Shown piece by piece: positions 1-13,233 of a stretch of DNA of 64,000 nucleotides; position 1 is the stretch's first letter; each line of letters starts with the position of its first letter. The position numbers and the translations under genes are program-made. The stretch is from positions 926,807-990,806 of the forward strand of contig NMRA01000017.1 in the NCBI GenBank assembly GCA_002633005.1, written 5' to 3'. The stretch is from Phoronis australis. Lineage: Eukaryota > Animalia > Phoronida. The notes beneath the pieces are model-generated. The model saw nothing but the letters and a program-made list of their open reading frames with translations. It ran no database searches and was not told where the DNA came from.

Positions 1-639
1 GGGAGTGGCGGACGAGCTAAGACAGACGCAGACGCACGCTTCCGCAGGTAGTACCGTTTTTTTTTAGTCCTCGAATTTTGTTGGCATAACCGACTTTTTC
101 AAGGCTGGCATGCGCGCTTTCGGGCCGTAAAAATTTCCGCGTTTTTCGCCATTGGTCATTCCAAGCCCTGATAACTTTACCCTGTTACTTTTTTGATCAA
201 TTTTATTCGGAACACATGGCTTAGTCATTTGACCAAATGGCTGATTGGTAAAAAGTCAAAAAATCAAATTCTGCAAGCCTTTCTACTTTCAGAAAATATA
301 CATTTACCGAGTTAACATCTAGATGTTTGGCTAAATACAGATTTGTTACATAATATTGAAAAGTTCTTCATGTACAGTCAATGAGTTACGTATGACTACC
401 AGGTAATCTTTCTGGCTAGCTATGGGTTCTACAGCCTTTGTCAAACTAATGATGTTGTGAGTGGATTGGACACGTACCATCATCCTTACAAACCGTGGGG
501 ACATCTAAGATGTTAGGTCTTACATAATCTTAACAGAATACTCGTCTGTAATTATAGTTTTAGTTTCATAAAAATATATTTTGTGTCAATTAATACTGTC
601 TTGCTTGACATTTAATGTTTCCTTTTATGTTTGTTGTAG

Positions 640-3600
640 ACACGAGCTTTGATGTCCCACAAACAGATGGCGCTGAAGCTCTTCTCTATGCTCAAGAACA
701 TTGACGGAATGATGAGCACAGACAATGAGCATTTCCAACGTCTGTGTGAGTACTCCGGGGATGTTGAAGGCCTAACTTTGGCAGTGGCCACTTCAGCTGA
801 CATGTCCTCGAAAACTGGTAAGTGTCATGAACTTGCCCTTATGTTGAAGGTGCTTGCTGTTGAGCCTTGGATTTTGGCGCAAATGATCCTGTATTTGGTG
901 ATGAACCTATGTCCAGATTTAGTTGTATATGCAAAACTTGTCAATGAGTAAAAGGATCGAGCTTTATAGCAGGTGTGTACAAACTACTGGATCTTTCGAG
1001 TAGGCCAAGACACGTTTTCAATTTAAGGTTAATTCATCAAAATTAAGAATGCATATAAACCAAGAAAATATCCAGCTGTGTGTGATTTTGCTAAGAACAC
1101 GCATGCCTGTTTTGTTAAGGGATGAAGCTTTCATGCATCCGTCTACACTGTACGTGGAAAGTATTATAAAGAATTACCTGTAATTCCCTATCATGGTGGC
1201 TGAGCGTTAGCAGAATTCTCTGTCATGACAACTGCCAAAATTCGTCATCACAGTGCCTTAAATGACAATGGTGGTTCATTATCAGTCATCATAGGGAATT
1301 GTGTGTGGTTGTGTCTACTGTGTGTCTGAATGAGTGATTGTATCTACTGTGTGTCTGAATGAGTGATTGTATCTACTGTATGTCTGAATGTGTGGTTGTG
1401 TCTACCGTATGTCTGAATGAGTGATTGTGTCTACTGTGTGTCTGAATGTGTGGTTGTGTCTACCGTATGTCTGAATGAGTGATTGTGTCTACTGTGTGTC
1501 TGAATGTGTGGTTGTGTCTACCGTATGTCTGATTTAGTGATTGTGTCTACTGTGTGTCTACTGTGTGTCTGAATGTATGATCATCATTGTGTCTACTGTT
1601 TGTCTGAATGACTGTGTGATTATGTCTACTGTGTGTCTGAAGCACTAGTCAGAGTAAAAATAACTTTTGATCGTATCATTTTGACTAAGGGTGCAGTACC
1701 AAATGCGAGGATGCTCGCTGCAAATGAAATTTACAGGGAAACATCTTTACTTGATTTCCATGAGAATTCTTTTCACTTTTACATTGTTCAAGTTACAGTA
1801 AAAAAATGGTATGGCTGAATTAGAATTGTGCAATAGTTTCAGTTATCTGAGAAGGGGAAATTATTTCCTCGCAACATAGCATTTTGGAACCATCTTGCAC
1901 TCGATTGGAAATAACGATAATGAGCGCATTTCGAATTCTTTAGAATTATGAAGTTTGACATTACCAAGATTTAATATGTTGTGAATGGAGAAGAGGACTT
2001 GTGCACTGACTCTCTCATAGATAATGCACAGTTTCTGACTCTGAGTTGTCAAAATGGAAACCAATGAAATATCTCATCTTATGCAAGCAATGGGGCAACT
2101 GTGACAATACCATGCCCTCTTTCAGGAAACGACCAAGACGCTGCACAGCTGGATGTGTCGTGCCAAGACTGGTCAGTACGTATGTATTGTTTGCTGTCAA
2201 CACTGATCACCATATGTACTCATGCAGTACAGCAGTACAGGGGCAGTCAGGAAGAGTTTAAGGGTCAGTTCAGTGACTTCATGAGGGACACACTGGCCCT
2301 GAAGAATATGGCAGAGTGGTCACAAGCCATGTAAGTCATCAGAGCACTTTGAAGTCATCAGATCACTTTGAAGTCATCAGAGCACTATAAATTAGTTACT
2401 AGTACATGGAATCTGAGGTAACTTTGTCCACGAATTAAAAAAATCTAATTGTTTCTGCTGTAAATTTCATATTTCAGTAGTGCCATTTTTCTGAAACATA
2501 CCTAATTGGCCAGGGCTGTTTATTATGCCCATTCTTTGATAATTACCTGAAATGTCGTTAAGATTATCGGCTTTTTGGTGCCTTTACCCACCTAAGTTGT
2601 ATAAATCTAATTAGTCAACGTAGAAAGCTTGTAGAATTTATTTTTTGACCTTATATCAGTCTGCCAGTGATTGGTTCACATGATCATGGTTGTTGTGGAA
2701 GTTTAAGCTATGAAGAAAGGTACTTTGATAGCAGCTTACATATTACCGATTCGAGATGAAATCTCAAAAATGCCTATGACTGGTGGTAATGAGCAATTTG
2801 TGTGGGTAAATATTTTACATGGTTGCTCCTTTGCGAAGACCTATCCATGTTTTTATCAATTTCAAAAAAAATTAGATCTTTTCCCGTCCCTACAGTTGCA
2901 AGGACTCCTCAAAACAGCAACAGATGGAGACACTTGTCAATGACCTTGACCTTGCCACACGTGACATGGCTAAACAGAACGCATTAGGCAGACTCGGTGG
3001 AATCCTGGAGACCTCCATGGAAGCGCTGTATGAACCGTACAGGCATGCAATAGCACAACTGATATGGATCAGAAAAGTAAGTGCTGGAAGTCTTGAGTAC
3101 TGCTTATTTTACTTGAATGCGTAACTTCACCCTGCAACATGTTCTGGAGACTCAGGACTTGCACTGGCCAATCATACGCATGAAAGTTGAAAGTGTGTAA
3201 CACGATTGGTCGGTTTTAGTGTCCAGTCTCAAGTAATGTTAAGTGGTCTTGAGTCCTAATGCTGTAAACAATGGAGCATGCTTTCACCTAGGGACATTGA
3301 GAAGGTCCTATTGTGCAAGGAGAGTCAGCATTCTAAGGTATTGGTTATCATTGAGACCCTCGCTCATCTGAGGGGAGGTGTACCTGTAGCTTCTCAAAGT
3401 TTTTTTTGGGTGTGGGGAAAGTAGTTAGACTAGCATAGTAGGGGTGTCTGGTAGTGAACCCAGGACTCCATGAATAACTTACTTTGCATCATGTATGTGA
3501 TCACCCCTGCACTTATTTGAACTCATCCAAATTCTGTTCTCCACATAGAGGCTGTAAACACTGCTTTTGTGACTTTAGAGTGAGGATCACTGCAATTAAA

Positions 3601-6600
3601 AAAAAATTAAATCGAGGTCGTGTTTGTTAGAAGTCAATACACTCTTGAGGTGAATTTTTTAGGATCTCGTGAGGGCAATTTCATACAAATATTGAATATT
3701 TGTAGTGGGGGATTACGGTTGAAATTCAACCCCAAAATCAAGGCATTGGGGACCTTGTTAATAAAAAAGTAGTAAATGCATGCTTTACTGGAATGTTTTC
3801 AGACAAATTATAATGTGTAAGACTTAAAGCTAACTACATTCCCTCTGACAGCTACATTCATTTGTGTTCTGAACTGTAAAAGTTAACGCGCAGGGAGGTT
3901 ATTATCTGCATTTTAGTTATTCAGTGGTTAAAAGGATACTGAAACCTGTTTTCATGATTAAAGACATTCCTCGCTCTGTCACCTTCTAATGCATCAGTGG
4001 CGTCACTCTTCCAACTAGTTAAATGTTCACACTCCCTATGTCAGAGATTGGATATTATGATTTTTGGTGGTTGGTATTTCCCCACAGTTGCCATGCAATT
4101 CACTAAAGGCGTAGGTCACGCTTGCCCTTAGCAGAGTTTGAGAAGAGTTTTCAAAATGTCCTCCAAACTTTTCAGGGTTGTCGGTGGGTTACAGGGCATT
4201 ATAATTTTGTTTCAGAAGACTGGATATATAAGACATTTTTAATATCTGTTAATAGGCTAAAACAGGGTTTCGTATCCTTTTAATGAATAAGTCACAAGGA
4301 TGTTTGTGACCAGCCATTAATGTTGTTTGTAATTTGTAGACATGCACAGTAAGGACACGACAGTATTATGTCAATTTCAATCACTCCGCAGCCAATTTGT
4401 CAATAGCCATCTTTACTGCCTAATAACCTAATAACAGTACACTTGCTTTTCAACTCACTATATCTCCCTGCCATAACTTGTTACAATCATACCTAATAGC
4501 ATGATGTTGTTATTGTCACGTGTCGTTGCATGCCAGGCTCAGCAGTTGACACGAGTCCAGGACGACGCTACTAACAAACTGTCTGAACCTCTGTACAGGC
4601 TCGCCTACGCTGCGTTCGCTCTTCACGCCGCCACAGGTGAGTACTTCAAGTTCACTGCTCTAGTTTCGTAACTGTGAGGTCGTTAGTTTACGTTCTTGTC
4701 TTGCCGAGATGCTGTACTGTTTCTCATGTTTGCTATTTCTCATGCCTGTGCTATTTCTCATGCCTGTGCTGTTTCTCGTTCCTGTGCACCATGTGTCAGT
4801 GATGCAGTTTTGCACTTGTGTCAATTTTAGTCGATGTTAACAGCATTTTATTCTCAAAATATTCTGCCTCAACCATTGCATAGTTTTTGAATTCTCCTTG
4901 GAAGTTTTTAGAAATTTTTTTGCAATTTAAACATTTAATCATGAATGTTAAGTCCAAACCTTGCCAATTTTTGCTAGAAGGAGATTTTTTACTTATTTTT
5001 TTTCTGAATGTTACTTTTGTGTGTACTTGCTTTTGACACATACAAGAAAGTGGTGGACTAGAATTGGGAATTACAATTTTTATGCCTCTGGTTTTGTAGC
5101 CACGACCAGAGCTGACTGTGTCAAGGATTTTAAAAAGCACGCCAGCCAGGTGACTGGATGTTTCAACAAAATTCGAGACAGGACACTTGCGGCCATTCAA
5201 GTGTCGGACGATATTGAACGGAAGTCGGCCATTAGGAGATGTATTGATGTACTAGGAGAAGTCACGCCATCTTTAATTAGCACTGCAGAGACCCTGTCTG
5301 GTTGGTTTACATGGATTTTATAGCCTACTGTAGATGATATGACACATGACTTTTGTTGCTACAGTATGTTTGGAAAAGCGCTCTGACCACTGTAATGCCA
5401 TAAATCGCCAAATGTAATGAACTGGTAAGGCTATGTATGTCTGTGTCACTGCAAGAATCCTTAACATGGTGATCTGTTCAGACCCCTACTAATTTCGCTG
5501 TCTAATCTGAGACGGTTCTATTCAGTGAGTATAATATAGTAAAGATTGGCATCATCTCTGAATCATTTAGGAGCGTACATTCGGACCCATTGCTATTTTT
5601 CCTAGACTCAGCTAGTGACGACAACATGACCGTGTTCAACCAATACCGTCGTAAGTGGGTGGCGACCGTCTGCCGGTTGTTGTTGCTTGTTGGAAGCATG
5701 CCAGAAGTTAATGGCGCTGATATTGAAGGTATGTAACTAGACTTGTTCATTGTTTCACTATGCATTATGTTGTTGGTTAACCTAGAAAATGTAAAGAAAT
5801 CTAATACTCAGTGTCTCCAAATTAAGTTACTTAGTTAAGAACTACAGTAAAAATTCTCAAATTTGGGACAGTGAAAATTTTATTTTTTTCTCTAAGCCAG
5901 GGATTGTCCCAAATTCTAGAAATGGGCAATATTAACCATCCCAAATTCAAGAATCATTGGAAAGACTATAAAATTACCCACTCTGTAGATTGAAAACACA
6001 TTGTCAGAAATTTTGACAAATATGTTGAGGGCCAGAATCACCCTTGTCTCAAATACCAGGATCAAGAAAATTCACTTTTTGCGGGAGTTTCCATGTCCCA
6101 AAGTCTAAAGACTGTCTCAAATTGAAGGATTTTCACCCTAAGTAGGGTTATCTATAAGCACCCTCATTCATCACCACTTAGAGTCAGCCAGTTCAGTTAT
6201 TAAATCTTCATTCACCTACTGTTGAAAGGAATGAAAGTCACAATGGCCGTCATCACAGTCTCTGTCTGAGATTTATGTTTTATTTCTGCATAATTTTGTG
6301 CGCACTTGTTAAGATATGTCCATTCATTTGTAAGATTGTGTTTCAGACTGTTTGCATCCACAACTGTATGTCCTAAATCGCTTGCGGAATCTTTGTGAAA
6401 TATGACAAGTGTGTTCAAAATAATATGGCAACAAATTTCAACTTCCTTTGGGTGGATCCAACTACCGTTGTACCTCCTAGTGGCAATTTTGTTTTCTATG
6501 TTTGCCTTTGTATTGTTTGAGTTCCTTGGCAGATTTTCATGAAACTAGGTTTATGTTAGAAAAACAATCATAATGGCTTTCCATTTTTGAACGGATTAAA

Positions 6601-9600
6601 TAAAAGTTTTAACCACCATTGGCCTTTTTTATGATTTTATTAAAAACACACTTAGAAGTTTTTGGCACAGTTGTGGGCGCTATTTTGATAGTTTTGAAGT
6701 TTTGTTTCCTTGTGTAGGCTTTCAAAACAGTCACTTAGTATCTAGTCAAAGGAGTCTCTCATATTTTCAGATCTGGTGATTCCTGCAGCCCATTCAAGTC
6801 AGCTCAGCCCTCCTGCAGCTCCTACCGTCTCACCACACCAAACATCTGTCACTCAACCTAATGTCTCCGCCTCCCAACAGACAGTGGGTACTTCTGTTCA
6901 AGTACCCTCAACTCTAAGCACTCCCGATAAGGCAACTCAGACGGATAACAAAGGTTACTTGTCATTTTCTGCACATACTTTTCATCAAGTATGGAAAAGT
7001 TGATGTTTATCTGCCTCAGTATAAGCATTAGATAACCATAAGCTTTTTATTCTTAAAAGAAGATTTGAAGGTGGGAAAATCTTGTTTTTGCCAGACAACT
7101 AATTTAATGAAAACACTACTGTGAATATTTCCAAGCACTATATAGCTTCTTGATAAAATTATGCAGTTGCCATAGAGTGATGCTTCACCTCTGTTGCAAT
7201 GCTTTATAACATAAGAGTAGCCACCTGGTTCTGTTTTGTATTTTTATTGCTGACAATTGCAGCTGGCGAGCATTCAGTTCTTTGTTTACACTTGAGCCTG
7301 GTTACAAATATTCTAACCGTGCTGTATCCTCCGAGGTAAGGCCCTTGAGTCATGAACCATTTTATTTCTGATTCTGCGCAGTCACACGACATCTAGTGTT
7401 GGAATTTCCAACGATCATTTGCTCACCAGGCTCACAAAATTATGCGGAGGCTTTGCGAGTGGCTATATGTATCAAAGCAGCGGGTTTGTCACGTGTTTTT
7501 CAAAATGTCTTTAAAAACTGCCGATTATACAAGAGCACTTTGATGAGTATTTTCAAAATATCTTTCCAAGACAAAATAGTGTCCAGATGACTTCAGGACA
7601 CAATGGTGGTTATTGTTGCATTGTTTCAAAATTTCCCGAAGGTCGATTGAGGTTTGTAAGGTCGCAGTAATTAAATACAAATACTAGATACTTTAGTCTG
7701 GGCTCTTAGCGTGTCACATACTAGGCAGAGAACATGTTAGTTGAGCAAAACCCATAACAATTGTAACAGGTGAGTTTTAAATTTCCTCATCTGATGTTAG
7801 TACTAATTACTCTTCTGTGTGACCTTATTTTGCACACTGATGTCTGAACAAAATGGTCGCTTCTCAAGGGCCGGAAACAAAATGGTTGGCATTGATCAGT
7901 GCCATGCCAAAACTCTGCCTGTACACTGAAGAAAGGATGTCCATAATACCGCAACACTGGTTATTGGAGGAATTCAGGAATATGTACAACAATCACTTTA
8001 GGTTCATGACTTTAGGTCAATGGAGTTTATGTTATGATTCGTTAATAGTGCATTTGTTCTTCACAGGGCAACACTCTCTGGATGACGTAGACATGAGTGC
8101 CTCTTTTGTCACAGACCTGTCGTCCAGGCTGGCTGCATCTACTTCTACCCCCGTGGCTCGTTCTACCTCAAGACAACCAACTATGGTGTCTAAACTGGCA
8201 AATCAAACAGAAGGAGCGAAACCTACGCATGCGTCTACACAAAAGATGACTCTTAAAATGTCGAGGTAGGGTTACGTTTATGACACGAAGTGTTTAAGGT
8301 TGCATTGGGAGCACCATTTTAAGAATGAAAATGTCTGGTTGAAAGGGTCTGTTAACATTAAGTGTTAATGGCAACTGTTAATTTGTTATTTTGTGGATTA
8401 TGACATCTTCAATTGATTTTGTGTGCATCCTATCAAATCTTCCTTGTTTTGAGCATTACTAATAGTCTTTTGTTATGCATATTGATGTTTTGGAATATTT
8501 TGTGTTTTATGACTACCTTATGGGATGTCATTGGTCAAGTTTAAATAGGTCATAGTCAAGGTGGAAATGACAAAAAGTTGCTTGTGGATAACTTTTTTCA
8601 TTTCGTTCAACGTATTTTCAGTCCCGACTTAAACCAGTCTTCCACCCACCCAGTTACTTTGCGTAAACAGGCTGTCAGTTTCTCAAATGCTCCTCGCAGA
8701 GTACAGGTGCTGCCCCCTCGACCTCCTTCAGCATTATCACCAAGGACAAACGTGTCGGGCAGGGCAATATCGGTAAGGCTGTCACAGTTTTTGCTAAACG
8801 AGATATTACCAAGTGATTGAGTTTTTAATAGCTGATACAGCTTCATTTTTTGAATTTTTTAGTGTAATCTGGCCTGTGTTTAGTTCATGAAGTTTCCTGC
8901 CAGTGTTATGCTAGATTCACTTTGGTGAGCTTTTTCAGCTTTTTGGGTTAATTCAACTTCTTTTAAAATGATGCAAAGTTCCCAAGACCCTCAGCGGACT
9001 TTATACTATTTCTTAGTGGTGGCCCTTTTGTCATGAGGAAAAGGTTAATGTTTCTAGTAACTAAGTTATGATTGTCTGATTTAAAAAGTCAAATTGCAAT
9101 TTCCTGATAATCAACTTTTAGTTTTTAATTAGTAATCCTTTGAAGTTTTGTTATGGAGTTTCTTGTTCAGCTAGTAAGATTATTCATGTCTGTCGTGATG
9201 TTGGACATTTCAGGCCGCTGCCAAACTTCTTCAGTTTGAAACAGAAAAATGGGAGGACAGTAACAACCCCATAGTGAAGGTTGCCAAGGAGATGTCACGT
9301 CAGATGCAGACCATGGCACAGTTTGCCCAGTCAGCAAAGTCACTGCAGGTCAGTAGGCTTGGAAAGTTAGTCTGCTGGCCATCAGGTGGCGTTACGTGTG
9401 ACATGTACAATCATGTGATATGGGTAATCTTATTGACACCATGCTCCTTGTAGTTATATTGACTGTGAAAGGAGTGTGTTGGTCTTGAAGTCTATCTCGT
9501 TGTACAATAAACCCAGCCTATAACACAGAAAGTTTCCAGGCCATCAATTTCAATGTCCAAAAATTCCAGGTCACAATTTCAGGAATTCCTGGTTGAAGAA

Positions 9601-12600
9601 TCAGTTCCTAAAATCACTGCTAGAGGTGTTTTGTCCAAATTTCGATTGCAGACTTTGTAATTTTCTCTCTAGTCTAAAAAATAATTTCTAATTAAGTTAG
9701 GTATGTAACATAATGCCTACTTGATACACCTGTAACTATTTTGTGGGTACATGGCGTATCCTTACTGAGAGGGTGCAAAAATTAGGGATTTCCATCTTGC
9801 GGTCACTTGAAGACAGACAAACAATTGTCAGGCTTTGCAAATGACAAACGTACGAAGCGTGACGATGAGTTCCGCAGACTGTGTTGTAACCAGTGACACA
9901 ATGAGAAAGTGAAGCTTTTGTGTGGAAACATAGATTTATTGAGGAGCCCTGTCAGTTGAAATTGTTTTTGGTTTTTGTTTTCAAGTAGATTGATGACTGT
10001 TTCAGGAGATGCCAGAATTCATCAACACTGCTAAAGCTATAGCCAAGAATGGATCTACTATTGTCAAGTTTGCTGAGGTTATAGCTGACTACTGCGTCGA
10101 CAAACGGTTCGTTCCTTTCAATATTTGGAATTTTAGGTAGTAAGCTCTAGGACGAATGTTCGGAAATATTATGTTTTTGCATACAGTACAAGCCAAGTGT
10201 TTAAACAAAATGACGCAGAATTCCCCATCATGACGGCTGGACGGAAATCAAAGTCAGAGTAATCCTTTGTGAATGAGAATGAAGGAAAGTTAGTAAGGTG
10301 ATGAAGTCGTTCTGCAATAATAGAATTTTACCTCCATCTTAGTTACAGCCAGCCACTTTGCTGTTAACAATATTAGGCAGCATGACAGGAAGACAGCATT
10401 TTGTCTGTCACTTTTGTCTTGTACTGTAGCTTCTAGCACCCCAAGTATAGGCCTGGGCCCACTTGAAAAAGGGAATGTACTAAAAGTTTTAAGGAAAAAT
10501 ATGCCTGTGACACAGGGAATGAGAACTAGTATGTCTAGTTAGTGAATTTGTGGTGCCAGTCATTTTGTTTGTTCTTAAGCCAAAAATGAACTATTTATGG
10601 TTTCTTATAAAGCCTTGTATTGTTTGACACTCTCAGGGATCTCTATAAAAATGCATATAAGGTGCAAATTGGCATGGTAATCTTCTTTTCTGTTAATTCA
10701 AAAAAACACTACTATAGCTGTTACAAATTATTTTTACTTGCTGGCATGTCACTATCATTTTCACTGCTAAATAATAAAAAATGTACCTCTTTGCAACACA
10801 ATTTCAATCAATTGGCTTACAAGTAGAAAAAAAGTCTGGCTTTTCAAACGTAGCTCAGAGCTTTTCAAACACAGTACAAGTACATGTATGGGGAATATTG
10901 ACTCTAGCATTGCTCATTTTGGAAACCCTTCAAATCATACAAATTTTTGTTTTCACTCCAAAATGATACCACTGGGTCTTTGGGAAATTCTCAGTAATAT
11001 TCCCTTTTGGTGTCGCGTAACTCATCAAAGTGTTATTTCGGACCTCGCACTGTGACATAGTGGTCGAGGTTTTTACTTGTCGCTTGTGCAACTGGCTTCA
11101 AGTCTACGCTTTATCAAGATTATTTGGTCTGGCCTTTGTAATTATAAACACTGTATATCTCGCTTGCCTCAGATGAGTAATTCGTTTTCAAGCTTGTTGA
11201 CATTTACATAATTCTTGTACAAATTTTTGCCAGCCAGCAAGCTCTTGGGAAGCTTACCTAAGTTTATAAACTAAGCAAAAACACTTCACTGACCAGAGTC
11301 ATCAAATTGTATTTTTGACATGTAATTTGAGTTGTGTTACTTCTTGATTGGATGGGCAGTTTTCACACGAGGTCACAGGATAGCATGTATTTTGATTCAC
11401 CAGCACTGCGGTCACTTTGTGGGCTTGCATCAGGGTCTCATGTTCTAGACTGATCACGTCCTTGCTGTTCATACTCAGCTCAGTAGGATATCATAGTTTA
11501 CTTATTGCTTTCCAGGTTTGCCAAGGACCTGACCTTCTACGCCGCTCACATCCCCACCATCAGCACACAGCTCAGCATTATCTCTAGTGTTAAGGCAGCT
11601 ACTCCTGATGATCGATCGGTGAGAATTCAGTTTCATTTTTATAATTGCACAAGTGTTTTAGGCTGAACTACTATTGACTACTGACCACTACAGAACAAAT
11701 ATGTGTCATTCAGAATGTGGTATGCTGGTATATTTGACATATTACACAATATTTCTTTGTGCATTGAGCCCTTGTGTTGTTCTGCAAAAGGTTTGCATGC
11801 ATCCTCTTGACAGTTGGCGAAACTTGGGCATTCCAAAATGGACACCTATTCTTGAACGAACTCTGGGAAGTAGGTCACAAAAATATGTTAATTTTTCTGA
11901 AATTGGGCTGAATTTGAGTTTTCAAATTTGTTGCAATGGAAAGATATAAGGAGAAATTTACAATTTATGGCAAGGATGACTATGCAGTCTTGAAACATTT
12001 TGTCACCAGCGAGGTCCTCAGCTGGGAAGTTTTGTTTATTTTCCTAGGCTATTCTACGAAAATCTTAGACATGTCTGCACTTTAATCTTGAAAATTTATA
12101 ATTTATAACAAATTACATCTTTGGTAAAAAGTCTGGGGTACTGATGAAGAAAATATTAAACATCTAGTTAACAAGTTGGTATTAGAAGAATTAATGTGTA
12201 CAATTAACATGTTAACAGGAAACTTGACACAAATTGCTGAAAGATTATACAATTGAATGCATTAAAATTATTAAATATTACCGTGGCACAGTTAAGTCTC
12301 ATTACAATCAATGCTCCGGAAACCTGTCTACAATGTTTGAAATGTGAGTAACCAAAGCAATTTGTATACTGTACAATTGTCGCAAGACTTATGGAGTGGA
12401 AAGTTATCAATGAGCAAACATTATAAACTGGCTGTATTGTTGATAGGCCGACAAGGTACTGGTGAAGAACGCAGACAACCTAATGAAGGCTGTGTCCAAC
12501 ACACTGAAAGCTGCGGAAGCCGCGTGTGTAAAGGTAATGGGAAAATTATGTGTTCTATTTACAACTGTGGTCGCTCTTACAAGGGTAAACATTACTGCCA

Positions 12601-13233
12601 CCTGAATTGTTTTAGTTTGAATCTCAGATTTAGTAGCAAGACAGTGTGTGTTTGCAGTTGGTTCTTGTTACTTAGTACTCATGATCAACAACGATTTTTT
12701 GTAAAGGCATACTTCAGGCGTCAGCACGAGTGAGTTGCTTTACTGTTTCTTACAATGCTGTATCAAGTGTCTTATAAAAATGTTGGTTTAAGGCAGGAAC
12801 TAATAAAATTACTTTTTTCTCACGCTCTTGTATATGCTGTGAACATAGTATTTTCAATGTGTGGCAACGTACACGGTCATCGCTTAGCCAATTTCTTTAC
12901 CATTTACAGAGCTTTAACCAGCTATGTTAACAGTTAGATTGATTATCATAAACATTGAAACTTTTTAGCTGAATTTTTTCATAATCCGCTGTGGTATTAT
13001 TGTTCCTGTCATAAGTACTGCCATTGTTGTTATTACTACAGGGTTTGCGTCAGCCTCCGTCTGATGCTGTGGACGAGACTCGCGCCGTCGTCTTGGCGAT
13101 GCAGTGGAAGAAGAAACTACTTAACTACCGACGCGCCGAGACCAGCTACGCAGACACTGATGAATTAGGACTGAGGAAGATAACCCGGCAATCATCGGGA
13201 CCGCAGTTGTCAGAAATATTGCTTCGTAGATAG
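640..13233 (+). CDS. Vinculin/alpha-catenin superfamily protein (helical bundles, Ser/Thr/Pro-rich linker, C-terminal vinculin-tail-like domain); 14 coding exons seen, about 710 aa in window, 5' end uncertain
   Basis: GT-AG exons with consistent phases: 640-817, 2126-2330, 2896-3076, 4537-4636, 5100-5300, 5606-5728, 6771-6953, 8067-8265, 8622-8772, 9214-9348, 10006-10106, 11516-11618, 12447-12533, 13042-13233 (TAG). The C-terminus reads AAAKLLQFETEKWEDSNNPIVKVAKEMSRQMQTMAQF...FINTAKAIAKNGSTIVKFAEVIADYCVDKRFAKDL...IPTISTQLSIISSVKAA...LVKNADNLMKAVSNTLKAAEAACVK, matching the vinculin/alpha-catenin F-actin-binding tail pattern. The first in-frame ATG is at 652, but the frame is open back to the acceptor at 640. 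Confidence 0.88.
1302..1640. repeat. Intronic 29-bp minisatellite (about 11 units) with a 58-bp dimeric higher-order period in the middle
   Basis: Unit approx. GTGTCTACTGTGTGTCTGAATGAGTGATT (copies at 1311, 1340, ...). Two variants alternate from about 1381 (period 58). Confidence 0.92.
2333..2386. repeat. 19-bp tandem repeat x3 starting at a splice donor
   Basis: AAGTCATCAGAGCACTTTG repeated three times directly after the GT at 2331. Confidence 0.8.
3928..4283. mobile_element. Non-autonomous DNA transposon (MITE) with TTAA ends, Kolobok-like
   Basis: Left end TTAAAAGGATACTGAAACCTGTTTT and right end AAAACAGGGTTTCGTATCCTTTTAA form terminal inverted repeats bounded by TTAA. A homologous partial copy lies at about 34545-34767. 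Confidence 0.7.
4712..4787. repeat. About 18-bp tandem repeat
   Basis: (T)GCTATTTCTCATGCCTG-like unit, about 4 copies. Confidence 0.7.
5845..6138. mobile_element. MITE family B (TA|CAGTAAAAATTCT...TTTGGGACA ends), pogo/Tc1-mariner-like, degenerate copy
   Basis: Starts TA CAGTAAAAATTCTCAAATTTGGGACA, ends TGTCTCAAATTGAAGGATTTTCACC, with internal TGTCCCAAATT subrepeats as in the copy at 39491-39858. Confidence 0.6.
10184..10426. mobile_element. MITE family A (about 245 bp, TA|CAGTACAAG...CTTGTACTG|TA), pogo/Tigger-like
   Basis: Terminal inverted repeats flanked by TA. Internal motifs (CAAAATGAC.CAGAATT, CATGAC, TTCTGTAATTAGAATTTT) recur at about 1145-1250, 22813-23066, 42430-42663, 42755-43000 and 47274-47490. 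Confidence 0.75.

Noticed and set aside
1302-1640. Regular 29-bp repeats resembling a CRISPR array
   Set aside because: Units are head-to-tail with no unique spacers, there are no cas genes, and the context is a eukaryotic intron.
7263-7335. Possible extra exon (CAG|...GAG|GTAAGG) in the vinculin-family gene
   Set aside because: Its 73-nt length would break the phase between the flanking phase-1 junctions, and the translation is not protein-like.
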